A stretch of 64,000 bases of DNA from Mobula hypostoma. Lineage: Eukaryota. The translations under genes were made by a program, and so were the position numbers. Below are positions 51,083-62,928 of this stretch, one piece after another. Under the pieces are notes generated by a model, which was not told where the DNA came from, ran no database searches, and saw nothing but the letters and a program-made list of their open reading frames with translations. Positions within the stretch are counted from its first letter, which is position 1, and each line of letters opens with the position of its first letter. The stretch lies in contig NC_086097.1 of the NCBI RefSeq assembly GCF_963921235.1, positions 102,488,001-102,552,000 of the forward strand, in the 5' to 3' direction.

Positions 51083-51890
51083 CAGCGGTCCCCAACCACC
51101 GGGCCGCAAAGCATGTGCTACCAGGTCACGAGAAAACAATATGGTTTGGTGATATAAAACAATATGAGTCAGCTGCACCTTTCCTCATTCCTTGTCATGC
51201 CCACTGTTGAACTTTATGACACGCGAGGTCATCAGTGGCCCAAGACGCGCAAAGGAATGGGTCTGTGACCCATTTGTGAATGTTTCCAGTGAATCTTCCA
51301 TGTCAGTGCGGGGAAGAAGATCAACTCCTCGAGCTTGCAAATGACGGTGGGCTGAAAAGTATGTTTGACATAACATTTCTGCCGGCATTCTGGATCAAAG
51401 TCAAGGCTGAATATCCTGAGGTAACCACGAAAGCACTGAAAACGCTGCTTCTATTTCCAACATCATATCTCTGCAAAGGGGAGTTTTCTGCAATGAATGC
51501 AACGAAAACTAAATTGCGGAATAGACTGGACATAAGGAACCCCCTTCGAGTATCGCTGTCTCCCATCACCCCTTGATGGGACCGTCTTGTTGCAGGGAAA
51601 CAAGCCTGGAGCTCCCACAGATTCAGCAATATTGGTGTGTTGCAATGATTTTATAGATTCATACAGGGAAAATATGCGCTGCGTGTTTAATATCCAAACC
51701 TTACGTAAAATGTTATTATGCTATTGACTTATAAATGACTTATAATTAAGTGGTCCCCAGCCTCCGGGCTGCGAAGAATGCAGTGGTACAGCGGTGGCCG
51801 GAACGCATTTTTAAGAAAAAAGCCGAAATAAACAAGCTAATTAATTAGGTGCCACCCGGCACGTAAATATCAGCCCAGATCAGAGGCGAT
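51083..51890 (+). mobile_element. hAT-Charlie deletion derivative followed by a half MITE
   Basis: TIR cagcggtccccaacc and a 5' region matching 37618-37750 join directly to the hATC segment (FPTSYLCKGEFS). A second TIR-like agtggtccccagcc starts at ~51748. Confidence 0.8.
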
Positions 51891-54584
51891 TGTTTCCTAT
51901 TCTCTTTCAAATTGCTTCCCAATTTCATTCCATTGCTTTGTTGGTTTCTGAACTTGGGCAGAGTTGATTGACATTCCATTGACTTCTTCTTTATCTGGCC
52001 TCAAGATCCCTCACTTATCAACTATTTTATTTATTCAGTTCCCAAACACTTGTAGGGCATTAGTATTGTAAAAGTTTCTGTATAACCAGCTCATGTAGGT
52101 TGCTGCTTTTTTTCCATATTGTGGTACTTGTGTTGTAAACCTGATCCTATCACTTCTGTTTTCATTCACTTTCCTCCCTTGTTTAATAGTTTTATTGTTA
52201 ATCATCTGTCTTTCAGTGAAATTACATGATTTCAAAGGTTTGTGTATTGTCAAAGTATACAACCCTGAAATTATTCTTCTCCAGGTAGCCATGAAACCAA
52301 GAAAGAAAAGAAAATCATCAACCCCAAATTCTTCCTCCCCAGCACAAAAAAGCCACAAACTGAACAGCCACACCAACCCTCAAATCCCCCTCCCCTGCAC
52401 ACATAAAAATGAGAAAGATCAGGTGAAAAACAAAGAATATATTTTTAAAAAAAGACTAAGAAAGAGTCTTTAGTCCATATGAAACATGCAGAAAATCTGG
52501 ATAACATTCTCTGGGGCCCAGTGGCAGGCCTTTCCCCCTCCGTAGCAGAGTGATCCCACCAGTGATCAAAGGGTAGTCTCCCCCTTCCGTAGCAGAGCAA
52601 TCCCACCAGTGATCAAAGGGCAGGTAGCCAACAGTCACCTTCCACGCTTGCCTCAATGTTTCAATCTCCCTCGTCCTTGGTCCTACATTCCATCTGACAG
52701 CAATTTCAGAGCTGGATTCGCTGATGTCTTCTGCCTCTCCTACCACAGGCAGTTTGCAGAGATCAAGGTTGTACTGTTGCTCTTGCCACAAAAACACACC
52801 TTGATCAGTTTCTTCCTCCTAGACACTCTTCCCCTTCGAAATCCTTTGGCAATATATTTCCTTTCACCATTTTTCTAGTTTACATATAAACATAGAAAAC
52901 CTACAGCAAAATACAGGCCCTTTGGCCCACTGAGTTGTGGCAAACATGTCCCGACCTTAGAAATTACTGGGCTTACCTATAGCCCTCTATTTTACTAAGC
53001 TCCATGTACCTATCCAAAAGTCTCTTAAAAGACCCTACTGTATCCGCCTCCTCCACTGTTGCCGGCAGCCCATTCCATGCACTCACCACTCTTGAGTACA
53101 AAAACATACCCCTGACATCTCCTCTGTACCTTCTCCCCAGCACCTTAAACCTGTGTCCTCTTGTGGCAACCATTTCAGCCCTGGGAAAAAGCCTCTGACT
53201 ATCCACACGATCAATGCCTGTCATCATCTTATACACCTCTATCAGGTCACCTCTTATCCTCTGTTGCTCCAAGGAGAAAAGGCCAAGTTCACTCAACCTA
53301 TTCTCATAAGGCAGGCTCCCCAATCCAGGCAACATCCTTGTAAATCTCCTTGCACCCTTTATATGCCTTCCACATCCTTCCTGTAGTGAGGCGATCAGAA
53401 CCAAGCACAGTACTCCAAGTGGGGTCTGACCAGGGTCCTATATAGCTGCAACATTACCTCTCGGCTCCTAAATTCAATTTCACTATTGATGAAGGCCAAT
53501 ACACCGTACGCCTTCTTAACCACGGAGTCAACCTGCGCAGCTGCTTTGAGCGTCCTGTGGACCGGACCCCGAGATCTCTCTGATCCTCCACACTGCCAAG
53601 AGTCTTACCATTAATACTATATTCCGCCATCATATTTGACCTCCCAAAATGAACCATTTCACGCTTATCTGGGTTGAACTCCATCTGCCACTTCTCAGCC
53701 CAGTTTTGCATCCTATTAATGTCTCGCTATAACTTCTGACAGCCCTCCACAGTATCCGCAACACCTCCAACCTTTGTGTGATCAGCAAACTTACTAACCT
53801 ATCCCTCCACTTCCTCATCCAGGTCATTTATAAAAATCACGAAGAGTAAGGGTCCCAGAACAGATCCCTGAGGCGCACACCACTGGTGACTGACCCGCAT
53901 GCAGAATATGACCCGTTTACAACCACTCTTTGCCTTCTGTGGGCAAGCCAGTTCTGGATCCACAAAGCAATGTCCCCTTGGATCCCATACCTCTTTATTT
54001 TCTCAATAAGCCTTGCATGGAGTATCTTATTAAATACCTTGCTGTAATCCATATACACTACACCTACTGCTCTTCCTTCATCAATGTGTTTAGTCACATC
54101 CTCAAAAATTTCAATCAGGCTCGTAAGGCACGGCCTGCCCTTGACAAAGCCATGCTGACTACCCGTAATCATATTATACCTCTCCAAATGTTCATAAATC
54201 CTGTCTCTCAGGATCTTCTCCAACAACTTACCAGCCACTGAGGTAAGACTCACTGGTCTATAAATTCCTGGGCTATCTCTACTCCTTTTCTTGAATAAAG
54301 GAACAACACGCGCAATCCTCCAATCCTCTGGAACCTCTCTTGTCCCCACTGATGATGCAAGGCTCATCGCCAGAGGCTCAGCAATCTCCTCTCTCACCTC
54401 CCACAGTAGCCTGGGGTACATCTCATCCGGTTCCAGCGACTTATCCAACTTGATGCTTTCCAAAAGCTCCAGCATATCCTCTTTCTTAATATCTACATGC
54501 TCAAGCTTTTCAGTCTGCTGCAAGTCATTACTACAATCACAAGGATCCTTTTCCATAGTGGATACTGAAGTAAAATATTCATTA

Positions 54585-54914
54585 CACAAACACGAGGAAA
54601 TCTGCAGATGCTGGAATTTCAAGTAACACACTTAAAAATTGCTGGTGAACGCAGCAGGCCAGGCAGCATCTATAGGAAGAGGTACAGTCGATGTTTTGGA
54701 CTGAGACCCTTCGTCAGGACTAACTGAAAGAAGAGATAGTAAGAGATTTGAAAGTCTTCTCCTATCATCTTGGATCTCCCCCTCCCCCTCCCACTTTCAA
54801 ACCTCTTACTATCTCTTCTTTCAGTTAGTCCTGACGAAGAGTCTTGGCCCGAAACGTCGACTGTACCTCTTCCTATAGGTGCTGCCTGACCTCCTGTGTT
54901 TACCAGCAATTTTA
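54585..54914. mobile_element. 330 bp PLE fold-back with two opposed hammerhead motifs
   Basis: Motifs at 54686-54721 (-) and 54827-54862 (+; CTGACGA...GAAACGTC-GACT). TSD taaaatattcatta/taaagtattcatta at 54571-54584 and 54915-54928. Confidence 0.85.
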
Positions 54915-55128
54915 TAAAGTATTCATTAAGTACCTCTGCTATTTCCCCTGGTTCCATGCACACTTTCCCACTGTCACACTTGATAGGTCTTATTCTTTCA
55001 CGTCTTATCCTCTTGCTCTTCACGTACTTGTAGAGTGCCTTGGGGTTTTCCTTAATCCTGCCTGTCAAGGCCTTCTCATAGCCCCTTCTGGCTCTAATTT
55101 CCTTCTTGAGTTCCTTTCTATTAACCTT

Positions 55129-55889
55129 TTAGATGACATAGTCCTACTCTCTGACCAGATGGAGGAAGCACAGCAGCTACTGACAAAATGGAAATAGTAT
55201 GCAATAAAGTTGGACTTCACCTAAACGCTGAAAAGACAGAGTACATGGCATTTAACTGCGACGAAGGTACTCTCAAGACCGTAGAGAATGATACCATTAA
55301 GAAGGTCTTTGACTACAAGTACCTCGGGTCAAGAATGATGAGTTCAGAGAAGGACATAAAGATACGGAAGGCGCTGGCGTGGAGGGCTATGAACGACATG
55401 AAGGAAATCTGGAAGTCGAACCTGACCAGAGGGCTTAAAAAGAGGATTTTCATAGCAGTCATAGAGTCCATTCTCACGTAAGGATGCGAGACGTGGACAC
55501 TCACCAAGACGATGCGAAAGTCCCTAGATGGTTGCTATACACGAATGCTCTGGATGGCTGTTGACGTGAGTTGGCAACAGCACATGACGAATGTTGAGCT
55601 CTATAACAACCTACCGATGCTCTCCACTAAAATCGAGGCGAGAAGACTGCAACTAGCGGGGCACTGTCTACGCCACCCCGAGCTACCTGCCAGCTTAGTC
55701 ATTATATGGGAGCCGAAGCACGGGAGGATGAACCCTGGGTGCCCTCCCAAGACTATGATCAACACGCCCCTCGAAGACAGCAGTGCGGCTAATGTAAATG
55801 AACTGAACATACTGATGAGGGAGAGGGAGGAGTGGAGAGTCCGTCATCCTGCCCGATGCCGGCCCCCTAGGCCTGAGTGGACGTAGTAG
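55129..55889 (+). mobile_element. RTE-clade LINE 3' fragment
   Basis: DDIVLLS, GLHLNAEKTEYM, YKYLGS, GCETWTLT and LAGHCLRH, then a (GTA)n tail. Flanked by taacctt/tagcctt. Confidence 0.8.
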
Positions 55890-57236
55890 TAGCCTTATAA
55901 TTTTCCAGATCTCTAACATTACCTAGTTCTCTGAACCTTTTGTAAGCTTTTCTTGACTAGATTTATTACAGCCCTTGTACACCACGGTTCCTGTACCTTC
56001 CCATAATTTCCCTGTCTCGTTGGAACGTACCTATGCAGAACTCCACACAAATATCCCCACATTTGCCACATTTCTTCTGTGCTTTTCTCTGAGGACATCT
56101 GTTTCCAATTTAAGCCTCCAATTTCCTGCTTGATAGCCTCATGATTCCGCTTACTTCAATTAAACACTTTTCTAACTTGTCTGTTCCTATCTCTCTCCAA
56201 TGCTGTTGTAAAGGAGATAGAATTATGATCACTGTCTGCAAAATGCTCTCCCACTGAGAGATCTGACACCTGACCTGGTTCATTTCCCAATACGAAATTG
56301 AGTACATCCTCTGCTCTTGTAGGCTTATCTACATATTGTGTCAAGAAACCTTCTGAACACACCTAACAAACTCCACCCTATCTAAACCCCTTGCTTTAGG
56401 GAGATGCCAATCAATATTTGGGAATCTCCCAATTAAAATCTCCCATCATGACAACTGTTATTATTACAGCTTTCCAGGATCTGTTTCCCTATCTGCTCCT
56501 CGACATCCCTGTTACTATTGGGCGGCCTATAAAAAACAGCCAGTAAAGTTATTGACCCATTCCTGTACCTAACCTCCACCCACAGAGACTCAGACAATCC
56601 CTCCATGACGTCCACCTTTTTTGCAGCCGTGACACTATCTCTGATCAACAGTGCCACACCCCCACCTCTTTTGCCTCCCTCCCTGTCCTTTCTGAAACAT
56701 CTAAAACCCAGCACTTGAAGTAACCATTCCTGTCCCTGAACCATCCAAATCTCTGTAATGGCCACCACATCATATCTCCAAGCACTGATCCATGCTGTAA
56801 GCTCATCTGATTTGTTCACAACACTCCTTACGTTAAAATAGACAAATCTCAAACCTTTGGTTTGAGCTTGTCCCTTCTCTATCACCTGCCTATCCTCCCT
56901 CTCGCACTGTCTACAAGCTTTCTCTATTTGTGAGCCAACCCAGTCTCTTCACTTTGGTTCCCACCCCACAACAATTCTAGTTTAACCTCTCCCCAGTAGC
57001 CTTAGCAATATCCCTGCCAGGATATTGGTCCCCCTAGGATTCAAGTGCAACTTGTCCTTTTTGTACAGGTCAGACCTGGCCCAAAAGAGCACTTTTTACC
57101 TCCACTTTTCTCTTAAATTTCTTGTTATTTGTCACCTACCCAAATATCATAACTTTTCTCACTTTCTGGCTGTCTTTCCCTCTCAGCCTCTATATCACTT
57201 GCTGTCCTAAATTCATCATGCTCCCTGCCTTCTCAA

Positions 57237-57448
57237 AGCAACACTCACAACACACTGGAGAAACTCAGCAGGTCGGGCAGCATCCGTGGAAACGATCAGT
57301 CAAGGTTTTGGGCCGGAACTGACGAAGGGTTCCGGCCCGAAGTGTTGACTGATCGTTTCCACGGATGCTGCCCGACCTGCTGAGTTCCTCCAGCGTGTTG
57401 TGAGTGTTGCTTTGACCCCAGCATCTGCAGAGTATTTTGTGTTTATGA
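57237..57448. mobile_element. Short PLE-terminus fold-back (different subfamily)
   Basis: Inverted arms around CTGACGA at 57319-57325. TSD ccctgccttctcaa at 57223-57236 and 57449-57462. Confidence 0.82.
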
Positions 57449-57639
57449 CCCTGCCTTCTCAAGTTTGTTACTATCATGTCTATGCTTATTCTCTCCTGAC
57501 ATATCCCATTGCATATTAATGGTCACCCATTTGATCCAAGCATTCATGTAACATTGTACCCATTGCCTCATTCATGGAGAACCATGCCTGATCATGTTCT
57601 TGAATGGTCTACCCACCAAGATCTCTCCTCGTCCCAATC

Positions 57640-58120
57640 CTTTTGTCTCAGAATCATATTATCATTGACGTGTTGTGAAATTTGTTTTGCTGCAGCAGTA
57701 TAGTGCTAGATAAATTAAAATAGTGCAAGAGAAGAATAATGAGGTAGTGTTCATGGACTGTTCAGAAATTTGATGGTGAAGGGAAGAAATTGTTCATAAA
57801 ATGTTGAGTGTTGGTATTCAGACTCCTGTACCACCACCTGTCATAATGAGAAAAGGGTGTGGCCTGATTGGTGATAGTCCTTCGTGATGGATGCCAGTTT
57901 CTTGAGGTGCTGCCTCTTGAAATTGTCCTCAGTGGTAGGGAGGGTTGTGTCTATGATGGACTGGCTAAGTATGCAACTGTCTTCAGTCTCTTTTGAACCT
58001 GTGAATTGGAGCCTCCATACCAGGTGGTGATAAAGCAGTCGGAATACTCTCAACAGTACATTTATAGAAATTTGCAAGAATCTTTGAAATACCAAATCTG
58101 AAATTCCTAACAAAATGTGG
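57640..58120 (-). mobile_element. Degraded Rex/L2-like LINE 3' fragment
   Basis: Minus-strand KLASITKDYHQSGHTLFSL, similar to the Rex C-terminus. Confidence 0.5.
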
Positions 58121-59160
58121 CTTCTGATATGCCTCTTTTGTGATTGCGACATTGAGGGGTTAGCAGCTGCAACATCTCTGAGGATCTTAGGCCCAACAGA
58201 GGACTGGTCTGTGTTCTGCCGAATTTTTTTCTGCAAAATCTCAGCTATTAAATCCTTTTCTCACTCTACACCTTAATATTTTGGAAGTTAAACTGATTCT
58301 TTTTCTTCCTTTACAACTTCACCTGCACCTTGTTTTGATTCTTTTGAATGTTTCTGGTGAGAGATGAATGTATCCATTTTTGTTCGTAGGGAGTGAGTAT
58401 GTTTCAGGGGCACTCAGTTGATTGACCATTAATGTTAGAGATTAGTAACAATGTTTTGGGTAAGCTCGCATTCTGATGAAGGGTCTTTGATCTGAAACAT
58501 TCACTGTTTCTCTTTCCTTAGATGTTGCCTGACCTTAGTAATTTTTTTTGTTTATACTTTGGATTTCCAGCATCTGTAGTCTTTTTAATTTTCAAGTTCT
58601 AATGTATTTCATTTTCAGGAATTGAGTGTTGCTGGTGAAGCCAGCATTTATTACCTATCCTTGTAGCCTTTGAGCTAAGTAGCTTGGTGGGTCACGACAG
58701 TCAACTGTATTGGTACGTCTGGAGTCACGTAAGGTTTTCCCCAGACCCCAAATATGTGCTGATTGCTTAAATAGCCACTGCAGTTCATCCCTTAGTGTGG
58801 GAGTGTTGCTGGTGAGTCGGGGGCAGGTATGCAAAAGAAAATAAATTACAGGGAAATGAGATGCACAGATAAAATAGGATATGGTTTTCTTGGATTTGAG
58901 TTCAAGAGCATTGAAGGAGAAATAAACTCGGACCAAATATGAGAATTGAAGGTAATAGTACACCTGTTTACCATTTAGTTTGAATATTTGGCTGTGGGTT
59001 AAGGAGGTGCTGTTGACACTTAATCACACTTGGGTGATGTGTAACACCAGCCTATGTCTGCTTATATTTGTTATTAGGATAGTTAAAGTAGGCAACAATA
59101 AATATTAAAAAATATTTGTTGATGTTTCACCTCTGTTAATGGCAATTTGATGGATTAATG

Positions 59161-59358
59161 CAACACACATCAAAGTTGCTGGTGAACGCAGCAGGCCAGG
59201 CAGCATCTCCAGGAAGAGGTACAGTCGATGTTTCGGGCCAAGACCTGATGAAGGGTCTCGGCCCGAAACGTCGACTGTACCTCTTCCTAGAGATGCTGCC
59301 TGGCCTGCTGCGTTCACCAGCAACTGATGTGTGTTGCTTGAATTTCCAGCATCTGTGC
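59161..59358. mobile_element. 198 bp PLE fold-back with a hammerhead core at the hairpin apex
   Basis: Near-perfect inverted arms of ~80 bp. CTGATGA-AGGGTCTCGGCCC-GAAACGTC at 59245-59272. Perfect 16 bp TSD atttgatggattaatg at 59145-59160 and 59359-59374. Confidence 0.92.
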
Positions 59359-59468
59359 ATTTGATGGATTAATGATTGGATTTATGTTTGCAAGAATATG
59401 TTCAGCAAATGAGGTTGGAATATTCAGTTGATGAACACTGCAGCTAACAGTTTTATTTTGTCTTGTAG

Positions 59469-59722
59469 ATTTGGCAGGAAGGAGTTGATCTGTGTTCTGG
59501 AATATACCAATACTTCATGGAATATGTCCCTCTAGTACACTGTTCAGGATCAGAAGTCAAGTTACCTGAGGAGGAACAGGCCTATCATGTGTTACTTCAA
59601 ACCCTGGAATGGTTTCTCTTTGGGGAGTCCCCTGAAGCTGGTTTTGCAAAGCTGGAACAAAATAATACTTCACAACTATGTGGCCGAGTTTTCAAAGGAG
59701 GAGAAACCACATATTCCTGTCG
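59469..59722 (+). CDS. UBR1: E3 ubiquitin-protein ligase UBR1, coding exon 2 (start of UBR box)
   Basis: Acceptor ttttattttgtcttgtag. Encodes IWQEGVDLCSGIYQYFMEYVPLVHC...LEWFLFGESPEAGFAKLEQNNTSQLCGRVFKGGETTYSCR. Donor CG|GTGAGA, phase 2. LEWxLFGE and GETTYSCR favour UBR1 over UBR2. Confidence 0.88.
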
Positions 59723-60279
59723 GTGAGAAGTCATGTGAATTTAGCACCTCACTTTACCCTGATTACTTTTCATGTTGATTTACATATGGTTTTAACCACC
59801 TTTTGGCCAACTCTTTTACATCTGTGTTAGTTCCAACTATTTGAAAGAAGCTGAGGTACCATTAATTTGGAAAAAGAAATAGGTCATCTATTATATTGAC
59901 TTATTGGTATCACAAAGTATGAAGGAAGTAACTTAGAAGTATAGCCATTGTGTAAGGTAATAGATAGTAATATTAAAATAGTTTTGGGAATGAATATGGA
60001 GCCGTGTCTCAGGAAGATGTGTATTCCATGTGTTTACCATCAGGATAGTAATTCCATAAATCATGTAGAGCTACCAGTAATCAATTCTTAACACATCAAT
60101 GTCAATATGCCTCTGTATGATCTTGTTCATCTGCTTTGCTGATGTAGTAACTTGTGCACATAATATATGCTGATAGTTAAGAGTAATGTGAATAAGGAGA
60201 CTTGCTTTTATATAGTGCCTTTCATAATTTCAGGGCAAATGATATCACTTTGCAACAGGTGAAGTACACCAGAAGTACA

Positions 60280-60663
60280 ATAGAACAATAGACAATAGGT
60301 GCAGGAGTAGGCCATTCAGCCCTTCGAGCCAGCACCGCCATTCACTGTGATCATGGCTGATCATCCACAATCAGTACCCTTTTCCTGCCTTCTCCCCATA
60401 TCCCTTGACTCCGCTATCTTTAAGAGCTCTATCTAACTCTTTCTTGAAAGAATCCAGAGAATTGGCCTCCACTTCCTTCTGAGGCAGAGCATTCCACAGA
60501 ACCACAACCCTCTGTGTGAAAAAGTTTTTCCTCAACTCCATTCTAAATGATCTACTCCTTATTCTTAAACTGTGACCTCTGGTTCTGGACTCCCCCAACA
60601 TCGGGAACATGTTTTCTGCCTCTAGCGTGTCCAATCCCTTAATAATCTTATATGTTTCAATCA
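60280..60663 (-). mobile_element. CR1 3' end fragment
   Basis: LIETYKIIKGLD...NFFTQRVVVLWNALP, followed by 3' UTR and tail. Confidence 0.88.
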
Positions 60664-62039
60664 GTGTAGTCACTGTTGTGTTTTGGGAACTATGCCAGTG
60701 AATTTGCATGAGTAAGATTCTATAAAGATTGGCAAAATGATAAATCTGTTTTTATGATTTGCTCAATCACTGAGGTGACCTTTGTTATTTTGAAGTTTGT
60801 CTTGGGACTTCTTAATGTACCTGAGCGTCCCATAGGTCTCAGTTTAACATTTCAAAGCAAGGAGGTGAGTCAGCGGTGTAGAGCAATTGAGACATAGCAG
60901 ATGATGAACAAATTGAATAGCTTTCTTTCACAAGTCAGAAGCAGTCAAGTGGGACAGATGTGAGTGAATAACTGGACACTGCCACTCTTAAAACTTTAAA
61001 ACCAAAAGTGGGGCTATGCCGCTCAAATCATTTGCAGTAGTGGAGTGCTGCGACTCGTTCATTGGCAGCAAACTCTTCCCCCACCAATGAGAGAGAGAGC
61101 AATTCATCGAGTACAGGGATCTCTGGTTGACCCTCTGTCTCTGATATTCCGCTTTTCTCCTGTGATGCTTCATTTGGCGGCACCAGCATAGAACTGGCTT
61201 ATCCACGGGGCTGCAAAGCCTCGAGACCATGAAGGCACTCTCGTCTTCTAGGCCACGCGCTTGGGATATTGAAAAATGGCCACTTGGTGAGCCCCAGCAG
61301 CAGGAACCATCACCATAAAGAACTGCAGTTTGAGTACAGCTGTATGTCAAGGGCACTGACAGAACCCTTCCACCTTGAAAAAGTTTTAAAAAAAGGCATT
61401 AAATGTAGAAATTAAGCTGCTTCCACAGATGAGCTCGAAGAAGGTATCTAGTGCCATGGTAGCTCCGCCCACAACCCTTTGCTGTTGAAAGGGTTATGGG
61501 AGCTGCACTTTTGAACTTTAAAGGAGGTTTGTTTGTTTATTTAGAGATGCAATGTGGAACTGGCCCTCCAGGCTCACCAAGCCATACCACCCAGCAACCC
61601 ATGTAGCCTAATCACAGGGCAATTTCCAATGAATAATTAACCTACTAAACAGAATGTCTCTGGACTGAGGGAGGAAACCAGAGCACCAGGAGGAAACCCA
61701 CGGGCACATGGGAAACAGCATGTAAACTTGCCTACAGAGGATGTCAGAATTGAACTCTGAGTTCCAACAACGTAAGCTGTAATGGTGTTGTGCTAACTGC
61801 TACATTACCATGGCACCCAGGTGCTGGGTCAGCAAGCTCCAGGATGTAGGAAAGGTGAAACATTGCTAAGTATGACAAATATGGGTATCTTGCTGGTAGA
61901 ACTGTTCCCGATGCTTGGTGACTTTGTATTGCCAGGTTAAGGGGGTGTTTTCGAGAAGGCTGGGTGAATAAGTTTTGTTAATTCTGTAGATGGTATGCCT
62001 TGAAGCCAATATGTAGCAGCAAGGAGGGAATAAGTATTT

Positions 62040-62928
62040 AGCAAGTCAGGCAGCATCTGTGGAGGGGAATAAACAGTCGATGGTTTGGGCTGAACCCTTC
62101 ATCAAGGGAAGGGGACGGAAGCTAGAATAAGAAACGGGGGGGGGGGAGGAAGGAGTGCAAGCTGGAAAGGTGACAGATGTAGAGAAAACTGCATTAACAG
62201 CACCAGGTTAATTGATGAACCCAACAGTTGCAAGTGAAGTGTTGCTTCTGGTAACTCCTGCCCTTGAAAGGACTGTTTGGGTCCCTAAATGATGGTGAGA
62301 GAGGAGGTGTAGATCTAATGGTGAGACCTGACATAGATTTTGGGATTGCTTAATTGAGCACCTTCGTTCTGTTCACTACAAAAGGCAAGATATCCTGGTG
62401 GTTACCTCTACCACAATGTCTCCAAACTATGTTTGGAAGAGAAACACAGCATTTTCAGCCTGGGTAGTCTCAATTTCTCTTGACTTCCAATAATTTCTTC
62501 CCTATTCCTCCTCGCTTTTTCCAAGACCCTTTCTGATTACCCTCTCATCCTTCTCCTGCCCATCATCTCCTTTTGGTTTCCCTCCCCCTTCCCATTCCAT
62601 GGGTTGCTGGGTAGTCCCCTCCTATTAGATTCCTTCAGTACTTTGCCTCTTCCACCTATTCCTTTCCAGCTTCTTAATCCTCTGTCCCCCACCCATCCAC
62701 CTTCCCCCTCTCCTGGCCTCACCTATCACCTTTCCAACTTGCACTTCTTCTTTCTCTCCCCTCCCCCCTTATCTTATTCAGCTTCTGTCCTCTTCCTTTC
62801 TAGTCCTGATGAAGGGTCTAAGCCTGAAATGCCAGCAATTTATTCCTGTCCATAGATAATGCCTGACTTGCCAAGTTCTTCCAGTCTTTTGTGTGTGTGT
62901 TGCTTCGGATTTCCAGCATCTCTTGTAT
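62040..62928. mobile_element. Older, diverged PLE fold-back
   Basis: Degenerate hammerhead motifs at ~62075-62105 (-) and 62802-62835 (+), GIY-YIG-region remnants, and a pyrimidine tract. Confidence 0.65.

Larger units (their letters stand above)
52885..57090 (-). mobile_element. Long CR1 relic (endonuclease to 3' tail) hosting PLE and RTE insertions
   Basis: YFNVRS, VVAITE, FYRPP, DSDHN, YRPVSLTS, QHGFVKGRPCLTSLIEIF and WAEKWQMEFN, with the 3' tail near 52885. Confidence 0.9.

Noticed and set aside
52534..52620. Two ~40 bp direct repeats; CRISPR-like array considered
   Set aside because: Only two units, eukaryotic context and no cas genes; a simple tandem duplication.
60988..61500. CpG-containing stretch with a 122 aa minus ORF; possible UBR1 exon 3 or other gene
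   Set aside because: The expected continuation (DCAIDPTCVLC) is not visible here or elsewhere downstream in the window. Probably an unclassified repeat.
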